Below, piece after piece: positions 40,544-54,827 of a stretch of DNA of 64,000 bases. Source of the stretch: the human T2T-CHM13v2.0 reference genome, Homo sapiens; NCBI RefSeq assembly GCF_009914755.1, contig NC_060948.1, one strand, 5' to 3'. Every line of letters begins with the position of its first letter. Positions within the stretch are counted from its first letter, which is position 1. The translations under genes and the position numbers were made by a program. The notes under the pieces were generated by a model. The model saw only the letters and a program-made list of their open reading frames with translations, was not told the DNA's origin and searched no databases.

Positions 40544-43500
40544 GGCCTGGAATAAAGTGGAATGCTACGGTCTCGAATGGAATAAAAATGTATGGAATGG
40601 AATGCAATGAAACGGAATCGAATGTCATAGAATGTAATGGAATGCAAAAAAATGGACTCCAAAATCATTGACTGGAAAGGCTGGGTGTCGAAAGGAATTG
40701 ACTCCAATGGAATGGAATCGAATGGAATGGAAGTGAATAGAATCGAACTAAATCGAATGGAATGGAATTGATAGGAACGGAATGGAAAGGAATGCAATGA
40801 TTTGGCATGGAATGGAATCGAATGGCATCGAATGGAATGGAATGGAATGCAATGGAATGGAATGTATTAGAATGTAATGAACTTTAATGGAATGTACTCG
40901 AATGGATTCGACTGGAATGGAATGTTCTGGAAGTGAATGGACTCCAATGGAATGGATTCAAAAGGAATGGAATCGTACGGAATGGAATCTAATGGAATGG
41001 AATTAAATGGAAATGAATCAAATTGAATAGCACGGAATTGAATTGAATGGAATGGAATGCAATGGAATCTAATGAAACGGAAAGGAAAGGAATGGAATGG
41101 AATGGAAAGGGCTGGAATGGAAAGGAATCGAAACGAATGGAATGGAATCGAACTGAAGAGACTGGAATGGAATGCACTGGAATGGAAGGGAGTGTAATGG
41201 AAGGTTCTCGAAAAAAATGGAATCGAATGGAATGGAATTGAATGGAACGGAATAGAGTCGAATGGAATTGAATGGAATGGAATGGACTAGAGTGAAATGG
41301 AATCGAACCACAAGGAATGGACAGGAATAGAATGGTCTCGAATTGAATGGAATCGTATGGAATGGCATCAAACGGAATGGAATGGACAGCCACGGAATGG
41401 AATGCACTCGAATGCAATGGAGTCGAAACTAATGGACTGGAATAGAATGGACTCGACTGGTACGGACTCCAATGGAATGGAATCGAATGGAAGGGAATCG
41501 AACGGAATGGACTCGAAGGGAAAAGACTGCAATGGAAAGGTCTCGAATGGAATGGAAATTAATGGAATGGAATGGAATCGAATGAAATGGAGTCAAAAGG
41601 AATGGAATCGAATGGCAAGAAATCGAATGTAATGGAATCGCAAGGAATTGATGTGAACGGAACGGAATGGAATGGAATCCAAAGGAATGGAATAGAATGG
41701 AATGGAATCGAATGGAAAGGACTCGAATGGAAATCACTCGAATAGAATGCAATTTAATAAAATAGGATCAAATGTAATGGAATGGAATGGAAAGGAATCG
41801 AAACGAAAGGAATGGAGACAGATGGAATGGAATGGAACAGAGAGCAATGGTATAGAATGGAATGGAATCATCTGGAATGGAATTGAATGGAATGGAATAA
41901 TATGAAATGGAATGGAATGGAATGGAATGGAATGGAATGGAATGCCCTTGAATTAAATGGACTGGAATGGAATGGACTCGAACAGAGTGGAATGGAAAGT
42001 GTTGAGATAGAATGCAATGGACTCCTTCGGAATGGTCTAGTATGCAATGCAATCGACTGGCAGGGAATCAAAAGGAATGTAATCGAATGGATTGGACTGG
42101 AATGCAGTGGACTCGAATAGATTGGAAACGGAATGCAAAGGAATGGAATGGAATAGTATGGAATGGAATGGAAAGGAATGGAGTGGAATAGACTAGAGTG
42201 GAATGGAATGGACTGGAAAGCAATGGACTGGAATGGAACTTTCTTGAATGGACTGGAATCAAACGGAATGGAATGCAATGCAATCAAATGGCATGGAATA
42301 AAATAGAATGAAAGAGAATCAAATGGAATTGAATGGAATGGAATCGAATGGATTGGAAAGGAATAGAATGGAATGGAATGGAATTGACTCAAATGGAATG
42401 GACTAGAATGGAATGGATTCGAATGGAAGGCAAAGGAATGGAATCTATTGGAATGGACTGTAATGGAATGGAATGGAAGGGATTGGAATGGACTCGAATG
42501 GAATGGACTGCAATAGAAAGGATTCGAATGGAATGAAAAAGAATTGAATGGAATAGAACAGAATGGAATCAAATCGAATGAAATGGAATGGAATAGAAAG
42601 GAATGGAATGAAATGGAATGGAAAGGATTCGAATGGAATGCAATCGAATGGAATGGAATCGAACGGAATGGAATAAAATGGAAGAAAACTGGCAAGAAAT
42701 GGAATCGAAATGAATGGAGTGTTATGGAACGGACTCAAAAGGAATTGAATGTAATAGAATGGAGTGGAGTGGACTCGAATATAATGGACTGGAATGGAAT
42801 GAAATCACATGGAATGGGAACGAATGGAATGGAATGGAAAGGAATGGAATCGAATGGAAAGGAATCGAATGGAAGGGAATGAAATTGAATCAACAGGAAT
42901 GGAAGGGAATAGAATAGACGGTAATGGAATGGACTCGAATAGAATGGACACGAATGCTCAAATTGAATGGACTCCAATGGAATGGAAACGAAAGGAATGT
43001 CATCGAATAGAATTGAATCGACTGGAATGAAATCGCAAGAATGGAGTGGAATCAAATGGAATTGAATCGAAAGGAAAGGAAGCGAATGGACTGAAATGAA
43101 ATGGAATGGAATTGAATGGAAAGTAATGCAATGGAATAGAATGGAACGAAATTTCACGGAATGGAATCAAACTGAAAGGAATCAAATCAATGGAATCTAA
43201 TCAAATGGAATGGAAAGGAATTGAATGGAGTAGATTGGATTGGATGGGATTGGAGTGAAATGTACTGGAAAGGACTCGAATTTCATGAAACGGAATGGAA
43301 TGAATTGGAACGGAATGGACTCGAATGGAATGGAATGTCATGGAATGGCATCAAATGGAATGGCATCAAATGGAATGGAATCGAATGCAATGGAATGCTA
43401 TGGAATGGAATGGAATGCATTGGAATGGAATGTCCTCTAATGGAATGGATTCGAGTGGAATGGAATCGAATATAATGGAGTCGAATGAAATGGAATTGAA

Positions 43501-44111
43501 AGGAATGGGATCGAATACAATGGAATATGCTGGAATGTAATGTAATGAACACGAATGTAATTGACTGGAATGGAATGTACATGAATGGAATGTAATCGAA
43601 TGGAAAGTAATCCAATGGAATAGAATCTAATGCAATAAAATCGACTCAGATAGAGTAGAATGTAATGGAATGGAGTGCAGTACAATGGAATGCAATGGAA
43701 TGCAATGGAATGGAATGGAATGGAATGGAATGGAATGGGATGGAATGGGATGGAATGGTATGGAGTGGATAGTAATGGACTGGAGTGAAATGGACTGGAA
43801 AGGAATGGACTCAAATTGAAAGGGCTCGAAAGGAATGGAGTCAAATGGAATGGTCTGGAATGGAATGAACACGAATGTAATGCAATCCAATAGAATGGAA
43901 TCGAATGGCATGGAATATAAAGAAATGGAATCGAAGAGAATGGAAACAAATGGAATGGAATTGAATGGAATGGAATTGAATGGAATGGGAACGAATGGAG
44001 TGAAATTGTATGCAGTAGAAGGGAATAGAATGGAATGCAAGCGAAAGGAAAGGAATGGATTGGAATGGAATGGAATTCATTGGAATGGAAGGGAATGTAG
44101 TGTAATGGACA
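40544..44111 (+). repeat. DYZ1 monomer U12, 3568 bp, type P
   Basis: GGCC at 40544; ggaaagggctgg, 7x GGAAT before gccctt, ctccttcgg, gcagtgg, aatcgcaaga (1-bp deletion), tatgctgg. Confidence 0.9.
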
Positions 44112-47100
44112 GACCTGGAATAAAGTGGAATGCTACGGTCTCGAATGGAATAAAAATGTATGGAATGGAATGCAATGAAACGGAATCGAATGTCATAGAA
44201 TGTAATGGAATGCAAAAAATTGGAATCCAAAATCATTGACTGGAAAGGCTGGGTGTCGAAAGGAATTGACTCCAATGATATGGAATCGAATGGAATGGAA
44301 GTGAATAGAATCGAACTAAATCGAATGGAATGGAATTGATAGGAACGGAATGGAAAGGAATGCAATGAATTGGCATGGAATGGAATCGAATGGCATCGAA
44401 TGGAATGGAATGGAATGCAATGGAATGGAATGTATTAGAATGTAATGAACTTTAATGGAATGTACTCGAATGGATTCGACTGGAATGGAATGTTCTGGAA
44501 GTGAATGGACTCCAATGGAATGGATTCAAAAGGAATGGAATCGTACGGAATGGAATCTAATGGAATGGAATTAAATGGAAATGAATCAAATTGAATAGAA
44601 CGGAATTGAATTGAATGGAATGGAATGCAATGGAATCTAATGAAACGGAAAGGAAAGGAATGGAATGGAATGGAATGGGCTGGAATGGAAAGGAATCGAA
44701 ACGAATGGAATGGAATCGAACTGAAGAGACTGGAATGGAATGCACTGGAATGGAAGGGAGTGTAATGGAAGGTTCTCGAAAAAAATGGAATCGAATGGAA
44801 TGGAATTGAATGGAACGGAATAGAGTCGAATGGAATTGAATGGAATGGAATGGACTAGAGTGAAATGGAATCGAACCACAAGGAATGGACAGGAATAGAA
44901 TGGTCTCGAATTGAATGGAATCGTATGGAATGGCATCAAACGGAATGGAATGGACAGCCACGGAATGGAATGCACTCGAATGCAATGGAGTCGAAACTAA
45001 TGGACTGGAATAGAATGGACTCGACTGGTACGGACTCCAATGGAATGGAATCGAATGGAAGGGAATCGAACGGAATGGACTCGAAGGGAAAAGACTGCAA
45101 TGGAAAGGTCTCGAATGGAATGGAAATTAATGGAATGGAATGGAATCGAATGAAATGGAGTCAAAAGGAATGGAATCGAATGGCAAGAAATCGAATGTAA
45201 TGGAATCGCAAGGAATTGATGTGAACGGAACGGAATGGAATGGAATCCAAAGGAATGGAATAGAATGGAATGGAATCGAATGGAAAGGACTCGAATGGAA
45301 ATCACTCGAATAGAATGCAATTTAATAAAATAGGATCAAATGTAATGGAATGGAATGGAAAGGAATCGAAACGAAAGGAATGGAGACAGATGGAATGGAA
45401 TGGAACAGAGAGCAATGGTATAGAATGGAATGGAATCATCTGGAATGGAATTGAATGGAATGGAATAATATGAAATGGAATGGAATGGAATGGAATGGAA
45501 TGCCCTTGAATTAAATGGACTGGAATGGAATGGACTCGAACAGAGTGGAATGGAAAGTGTTGAGATAGAATGGAATGGACTCCTTTGGAATGGTGTAGTA
45601 TGCAATGCAATCGACTGGCAGGGAATCAAGAGGAATGTAATGGAATGGATTGGACTGGAATGCAATGGACTCGAATAGATTGGAAACGGAATGCAAAGGA
45701 ATGGAATGGAATAGTATGGAATGGAATGGAAAGGAATGGAGTGGAATAGACTAGAGTGGAATGGAATGGACTGGAAAGCAATGGACTGGAATGGAACTTT
45801 CTTGAATGGACTGGAATCAAACGGAATGGAATGCAATGCAATCAAATGGCATGGAATAAAATAGAATGAAAGAGAATCAAATGGAATTGAATCGAATGGA
45901 ATCGAATGGATTGGAAAGGAATAGAATGGAATGGAATGGAATTGACTCGAATGGAATGGACTAGAATGGAATGGATTCGAATGGAAGGCAAAGGAATGGA
46001 ATCTATTGGAATGGACTGTAATGGAATGGAATGGAAAGGATTGGAATGGACTCGAATGGAATGGACTGCAATAGAAAGGATTCGAATGGAATGAAAAAGA
46101 ATTGAATGGAATAGAACAGAATGGAATCAAATCGAATGAAATGGAATGGAATAGAAAGGAATGGAATGAAATGGAATGGAAAGGATTCGAATGGAATGCA
46201 ATCGAATGGAATGGAATCGAACGGAATGGAATAAAATGGAAGAAAACTGGCAAGAAATGGAATCGAAATGAATGGAGTGTTATGGAACGGACTCAAAAGG
46301 AATTGAATGTAATAGAATGGAGTGGAGTGGACTCGAATATAATGGAATGGAATGGAATGAAATCACAAGGAATGGGAACGAATGGAATGGAATGGAAAGG
46401 AATGGAATCGAATGGAAAGGAATCGAATGGAAGGGAATGAAATTGAATCAACAGGAATGGAAGGGAATAGAATAGACGGTAATGGAATGGACTCGAATAG
46501 AATGGACACGAATGCTCAAATTGAATGGACTCGAATGGAATGGAAACGAAAGGAATGTCATCGAATGGAATTGAATGGATTGGAATGAAATCGCATAGAA
46601 TGGAGTGGAATCAAATGGAATTGAATCGAAAGGAAAGGAAGCGAATGGACTGAAATGAAATGGAATGGAATTGAATGGAAAGTAATGCAATGGAATAGAA
46701 TGGAACGAAATTTCACGGAATGGAATCAAACTGAATGGAATCAAATCAATGGAATCAAATCAAATGGAATGGAAAGGAATTGAATGGAGTAGATTGGATT
46801 GGATGGGATTGGAATGAAATGTACTGGAAAGGACTCGAATTTCATGAAACGGAATGGAATGAATTGGAACGGAATGGACTCGAATGGAATGGAATGTCAT
46901 GGAATGGCATCAAATGGAATGGCATCAAATGGAATGGAATCGAATGCAATGGAATGCTATGGAATGGAATGGAATGCATTGGAATGGAATGTCCTCTAAT
47001 GGAATGGATTCGAGTGGAATGGAATCGAATATAATGGAGTCGAATGAAATGGAATTGAAAGGAGTGGGATCGAATACAATGGAATATACTGGAATGTAAT

Positions 47101-47685
47101 GTAATGAACTCGAATGTAATTGACTGGAATGGAATGTACATGAATGGAATGTAATCGAATGGAAAGTAATCCAATGGAATAGAATCTAATGCAATAAAAC
47201 CGACTCAGATAGAGTAGAATGTAATGGAATGGAGTGCAGTGCAATGGAATGGAATGGAATGGAAGGCAATGGAATGGAATGGAATGGAATGGAATGGAAT
47301 GGAATGGAATGGAATGGAATGGGATGGAATGGGATGGAATGGATAGTAATGGACTGGAGTGAAATGGACTGGAAAGGAATGGACTCAAATTGAAAGGGCT
47401 CGAAAGGAATGGAGTCAAATGGAATGGTCTGGAATGGAATGAACACGAATGTAATGCAATCCAATAGAATGGAATCGAATGGCATGGAATATAAAGAAAT
47501 GGTATCGAAGAGAATGGAAACAAATGGAATGGAATTGAATGGAATGGAATTGAATGGAATGGGAACGAATGGAGTGAAATTGTATGCAGTAGAAGGGAAT
47601 AGAATGGAATGCAAGCGAAAGGAAAGGAATGGATTGGAATGGAATGGAATTCATTGGAATGGAAGGGAATGTAGTGTAATGGACA
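44112..47685 (+). repeat. DYZ1 monomer U13, 3574 bp, type Q (HaeIII site mutated to GACC)
   Basis: gacagacctgg at 44108-44118; markers tccaatgata, caatgaattggc, aatcacaagg, ggaaggcaat. Confidence 0.9.
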
Positions 47686-50600
47686 GGCCTGGAATAAAGT
47701 GGAATGCTACGGTCTCGAATGGAATAAAAATGTATGGAATCGAATGCAATGAAACGGAATCGAATGTCATAGAATGTAATGGAATGCAAAAAAATGGAAT
47801 CCAAAATCATTGACTGGAAAGGCTGGGTGTCGAAAGGAATTGACTCCAATGGAATGGAATCGAATGGAATGGAAGTGAATAGAATCGAACTAAATCGAAT
47901 GGAATGGAATTGATAGGAACGGAATGGAAAGGAATGCAATGATTTGGCATGGAATGGAATCGAATGGCATCGAATGGAATGGAATGGAATGCAATGGAAT
48001 GGAATGTATTAGAATGTAATGAACTTTAATGGAATGTACTCGAATGGATTCGACTGGAATGGAATGTTCTGGAAGTGAATGGACTCCAATGGAATGGATT
48101 CAAAAGGAATGGAATCGTACGGAATGGAATCTAATGGAATGGAATTAAATGGAAATGAATCAAATTGAATAGCACGGAATTGAATTGAATGGAATGGAAT
48201 GCAATGGAATCTAATGAAACGGAAAGGAAAGGAATGGAATGGAATGGAAAGGGCTGGAATGGAAAGGAATCGAAACGAATGGAATGGAATCGAACTGAAG
48301 AGACTGGAATGGAATGCACTGGAATGGAAGGGAGTGTAATGGAAGGTTCTCGAAAAAAATGGAATCGAATGGAATGGAATTGAATGGAACGGAATAGAGT
48401 CGAATGGAATTGAATGGAATGGAATGGACTAGAGTGAAATGGAATCGAACCACAAGGAATGGACAGGAATAGAATGGTCTCGAATTGAATGGAATCGTAT
48501 GGAATGGCATCAAACGGAATGGAATGGACAGCCACGGAATGGAATGCACTCGAATGCAATGGAGTCGAAACTAATGGACTGGAATAGAATGGACTCGACT
48601 GGTACGGACTCCAATGGAATGGAATCGAATGGAAGGGAATCGAACGGAATGGACTCGAAGGGAAAAGACTGCAATGGAAAGGTCTCGAATGGAATGGAAA
48701 TTAATGGAATGGAATGGAATCGAATGAAATGGAGTCAAAAGGAATGGAATCGAATGGCAAGAAATCGAATGTAATGGAATCGCAAGGAATTGATGTGAAC
48801 GGAACGGAATGGAATGGAATCCAAAGGAATGGAATCGAATGGAATGGAATCGAATGGAAAGGACTCGAATGGAAATCACTCGAATAGAATGCAATTTAAT
48901 AAAATAGGATCAAATGTAATGGAATGGAATGGAAAGGAATCGAAACGAAAGGAATGGAGACAGATGGAATGGAATGGAACAGAGAGCAATGGTATAGAAT
49001 GGAATGGAATCATCTGGAATGGAATTGAATGGAATGGAATAATATGAAATGGAATGGAATGGAATGGAATGGAATGGAATGGAATGCCCTTGAATTAAAT
49101 GGACTGGAATGGAATGGACTCGAACAGAGTGGAATGGAAAGTGTTGAGATAGAATGCAATGGACTCCTTCGGAATGGTCTAGTATGCAATGCAATCGACT
49201 GGCAGGGAATCAAAAGGAATGTAATCGAATGGATTGGACTGGAATGCAGTGGACTCGAATAGATTGGAAACGGAATGCAAAGGAATGGAATGGAATAGTA
49301 TGGAATGGAATGGAAAGGAATGGAGTGGAATAGACTAGAGTGGAATGGAATGGACTGGAAAGCAATGGACTGGAATGGAACTTTCTTGAATGGACTGGAA
49401 TCAAACGGAATGGAATGCAATGCAATCAAATGGCATGGAATAAAATAGAATGAAAGAGAATCAAATGGAATTGAATCGAATGGAATCGAATGGATTGGAA
49501 AGGAATAGAATGGAATGGAATGGAATTGACTCAAATGGAATGGACTAGAATGGAATGGATTCGAATGGAAGGCAAAGGAATGGAATCTATTGGAATGGAC
49601 TGTAATGGAATGGAATGGAAGGGATTGGAATGGACTCGAATGGAATGGACTGCAATAGAAAGGATTCGAATGGAATGAAAAAGAATTGAATGGAATAGAA
49701 CAGAATGGAATCAAATCGAATGAAATGGAATGGAATAGAAAGGAATGGAATGAAATGGAATGGAAAGGATTCGAATGGAATGCAATCGAATGGAATGGAA
49801 TCGAACGGAATGGAATAAAATGGAAGAAAACTGGCAAGAAATGGAATCGAAATGAATGGAGTGTTATGGAACGGACTCAAAAGGAATTGAATGTAATAGA
49901 ATGGAGTGGAGTGGACTCCAATATAATAGACTGGAATGGAATGAAATCACATGGAATGGGAACGAATGGAATGGAATGGAAAGGAATGGAATCGAATGGA
50001 AATGAATCGAATGGAAGGGAATGAAATTGAATCAACAGGAATGGAAAGGAGTAGAATAGACGGTAATGGAATGGGCTCGAATAGAATGGACACGAATGCT
50101 CAAATTAAATGGACTCGAATGGAATGGAAACGAAAGGAATGTCATCGAATGGAATTGAATCGATTGGAATGAAATCGCATAGAATGGAGTGGAATCAAAT
50201 GGAATTGAATCGAAAGGAAAGGAAGCGAATGGACTGAAATGAAATGGAATGGAATTGAATGGAAAGTAATGCAATGGAATAGAATGGAACGAAATTTCAC
50301 GAAATGGAATCAAACTGAATGGAATCAAATCAATGGAATCAAATCAAATGGAATGGAAAGGAATTGAATGGAGTAGATTGGATTGGATGGGATTGGAATG
50401 AAATGTACTGGAAAGGACTCGAATTTCATGAAACGGAATGGAATGAATTGGAACGGAATGGACTCGAATGGAATGGAATGTCATGGAATGGCATCAAATG
50501 GAATGGCATCAAATGGAATGGAATCGAATGCAATGGAATGCTATGGAATGGAATGGAATGCATTGGAATGGAATGTCCTCTAATGGAATGGATTCGAGTG

Positions 50601-51259
50601 GAATGGAATCGAATATAATGGAGTCGAATGAAATGGAATTGAAAGGAGTGGGATCGAATACAATGGAATATACTGGAATGTAATGTAATGAACTCGAATG
50701 TAATTGACTGTAATGGAATGTACATGAATGGAATGTAATCGAATGGAAAGTAATCCAATGGAATAGAATCTAATGCAATAAAATCGACTCAGATACAGTA
50801 GAATGTAATGGAATGGAGTGCAGTGCAATGGAATGGAATGGAATGGAAGGCAATGGAATGGAATGGAATGGAATGGAATGGAATGGAATGGAATGGGATG
50901 GAATGGGATGGAATGGATAGTAATGGACTGGAGTGAAATGGACAGGAAAGGAATGGACTCAAATTGAAAGGGCTCGAAAGGAATGGAGTCAAATGGAATG
51001 GTCTGGAATGGAATGAACACGAATGTAATGCAATCCAATAGAATGGAATCGAATGGCATGGAATATAAAGAAATGGAATCGAAGAGAATGGAAACAAATG
51101 GAATGGAATTGAATGGAATGGAATTGAATGGAATGGGAACGAATGGAGTGAAATTGTATGCAGTAGAAGGGAATAGAATGGAATGCAAGCGAAAGGAAAG
51201 GAATGGATTGGAATGGAATGGAATTCATTGGAATGGAAGGGAATGTAGTGTAATGGACA
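47686..51259 (+). repeat. DYZ1 monomer U14, 3574 bp, hybrid type R (P-like start, Q-like end)
   Basis: GGCC at 47686 and 51260; P markers up to ~49250, private variants at 49915-50310, Q-like ggagtggga and ggaaggcaat afterwards. Confidence 0.87.
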
Positions 51260-54200
51260 GGCCTGGAATAAAGTGGAATGCTACGGTCTCGAATGGAATA
51301 AAAATGTATGGAATGGAATGCAATGAAACGGAATCGAATGTCATAGAATGTAATGGAATGCAAAAAAATGGAATCCAAAATCATTGACTGGAAAGGCTGG
51401 GTGTCGAAAGGAATTGACTCCAATGGAATGGAATCGAATGGAATGGAAGTGAATAGAATCGAACTAAATCGAATGGAATGGAATTGATAGGAACGGAATG
51501 GAAAGGAATGCAATGATTTGGCATGGAATGGAATCGAATGGCATCGAATGGAATGGAATGGAATGCAATGGAATGGAATGTATTAGAATGTAATGAACTT
51601 TAATGGAATGTACTCGAATGGATTCGACTGGAATGGAATGTTCTGGAAGTGAATGGACTCCAATGGAATGGATTCAAAAGGAATGGAATCGTACGGAATG
51701 GAATCTAATGGAATGGAATTAAATGGAAATGAATCAAATTGAATAGCACGGAATTGAATTGAATGGAATGGAATGCAATGGAATCTAATGAAACGGAAAG
51801 GAAAGGAATGGAATGGAATGGAAAGGGCTGGAATGGAAAGGAATCGAAACGAATGGAATGGAATCGAACTGAAGAGACTGGAATGGAATGCACTGGAATG
51901 GAAGGGAGTGTAATGGAAGGTTCTCGAAAAAAATGGAATCGAATGGAATGGAATTGAATGGAACGGAATAGAGTCGAATGGAATTGAATGGAATGGAATG
52001 GACTAGAGTGAAATGGAATCGAACCACAAGGAATGGACAGGAATAGAATGGTCTCGAATTGAATGGAATCGTATGGAATGGCATCAAACGGAATGGAATG
52101 GACAGCCACGGAATGGAATGCACTCGAATGCAATGGAGTCGAAACTAATGGACTGGAATAGAATGGACTCGACTGGTACGGACTCCAATGGAATGGAATC
52201 GAATGGAAGGGAATCGAACGGAATGGACTCGAAGGGAAAAGACTGCAATGGAAAGGTCTCGAATGGAATGGAAATTAATGGAATGGAATGGAATCGAATG
52301 AAATGGAGTCAAAAGGAATGGAATCGAATGGCAAGAAATCGAATGTAATGGAATCGCAAGGAATTGATGTGAACGGAACGGAATGGAATCGAATCCAAAG
52401 GAATGGAATAGAATGGAATGGAATCGAATGGAAAGGACTCGAATGGAAATCACTCGAATAGAATGCAATTTAATAAAATAGGATCAAATGTAATGGAATG
52501 GAATGGAAAGGAATCAAAACGAAAGGAATGGAGACAGATGGAATGGAATGGAACAGAGAGCAATGGTATAGAATGGAATGGAATCATCTGGAATGGAATT
52601 GAATGGAATGGAATAATATGAAATGGAATGGAATGGAATGGAATGGAATGGAATGGAATGCCCTTGAATTAAATGGACTGGAATGGAATGGACTCGAACA
52701 GAGTGGAATGGAAAGTGTTGAGATAGAGTGCAATGGACTCCTTCGGAATGGTCTAGTATGCAATGCAATCGACTGGCAGGGAATCAAAAGGAATGTAATC
52801 GAATGGATTGGACTGGAATGCAGTGGACTCGAATAGATTGGAAACGGAATGCAAAGGAATGGAATGGAATAGTATGGAATGGAATGGAAAGGAATGGAGT
52901 GGAATAGACTAGAGTGGAATGGAATGGACTGGAAAGCAATGGACTGGAATGGAACTTTCTTGAATGGACTGGAATCAAACGGAATGGAATGCAATGCAAT
53001 CAAATGGCATGGAATAAAATAGAATGAAAGAGAATCAAATGGAATTGAATCGAATGGAATCGAATGGATTGGAAAGGAATAGAATGGAATGGAATGGAAT
53101 TGACTCAAATGGAATGGACTAGAATGGAATGGATTCGAATGGAAGGCAAAGGAATGGAATCTATTGGAATGGACTGTAATGGAATGGAATGGAAGGGATT
53201 GGAATGGACTCGAATGGAATGGACTGCAATAGAAAGGATTCGAATGGAATGAAAAAGAATTGAATGTAATAGAACAGAATGGAATCAAATCGAATGAAAT
53301 GGAATGGAATAGAAAGGAATGGAATGAAATGGAATGGAAAGGATTCGAATGGAATGCAATCGAATGGAATGGAATCGAACGGAATGGAATAAAATGGAAG
53401 AAAACTGGCAAGAAATGGAATCGAAATGAATGGAGTGTTATGGAACGGACTCAAAAGGAATTGAATGTAATAGAATGGAGTGGAGTGGACTCGAATATAA
53501 TGGACTGGAATGGAATGAAATCACATGGAATGGGAACGAATGGAATGGAATGGAAAGGAATGGAATCGAATGGAAAGGAATCGAATGGAAGGGAATGAAA
53601 TTGAATCAACAGGAATGGAAGGGAATAGAATAGACGGTAATGGAATGGACTCGAATAGAATGGACACGAATGCTCAAATTGAATGGACTCCAATGGAATG
53701 GAAACGAAAGGAATGTCATCGAATAGAATTGAATCGACTGGAATGAAATCGCAAGAATGGAGTGGAATCAAATGGAATTGAATCGAAAGGAAAGGAAGCG
53801 AATGGACTGAAATGAAATGGAATGGAATTGAATGGAAAGTAATGCAATGGAATAGAATGGAACGAAATTTCACGGAATGGAATCAAACTGAAAGGAATCA
53901 AATCAATGGAATCTAATCAAATGGAATGGAAGGGAATTGAATGGAGTAGATTGGATTGGATGGGATTGGAGTGAAATGTACTGGAAAGGACTCGAATTTC
54001 ATGAAACGGAATGGAATGAATTGGAACGGAATGGACTCGAATGGAATGGAATGTCATGGAATGGCATCAAATGGAATGGCATCAAATGGAATGGAATCGA
54101 ATGCAATGGAATGCTATGGAATGGAATGGAATGCATTGGAATGGAATGTCCTCTAATGGAATGGATTCGAGTGGAATGGAATCGAATATAATGGAGTCGA

Positions 54201-54827
54201 ATGAAATGGAATTGAAAGGAGTGGGATCGAATACAATGGAATATGCTGGAATGTAATGTAATGAACTCGAATGTAATTGACTGGAATGGAATGTACATGA
54301 ATGGAATGTAATCGAATGGAAAGTAATCCAATGGAATAGAATCTAATGCAATAAAATCGACTCAGATAGAGTAGAATGTAATGGAATGGAGTGCAGTACA
54401 ATGGAATGGAATGGAATGCAATGGAATGGAATGGAATGGAATGGAATGGAATGGGATGGAATGGGATGGAATGGTATGGAGTGGATAGTAATGGACTGGA
54501 GTGAAATGGACTGGAAAGGAATGGACTCAAATTGAAAGGGCTCGAAAGGAATGGAGTCAAATGGAATGGTCTGGAATGGAATGAACACGAATGTAATGCA
54601 ATCCAATAGAATGGAATCGAATGGCATGGAATATAAAGAAATGGAATCGAAGAGAATGGAAACAAATGGAATGGAATTGAATGGAATGGAATTGAATGGA
54701 ATGGGAACGAATGGAGTGAAATTGTATGCAGTAGAAGGGAATAGAATGGAATGCAAGCGAAAGGAAAGGAATGGATTGGAATGGAATGGAATTCATTGGA
54801 ATGGAAGGGAATGTAGTGTAATGGACA
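51260..54827 (+). repeat. DYZ1 monomer U15, 3568 bp, type P
   Basis: GGCC at 51260 and 54828; same markers as U12 at +10716. Confidence 0.9.
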
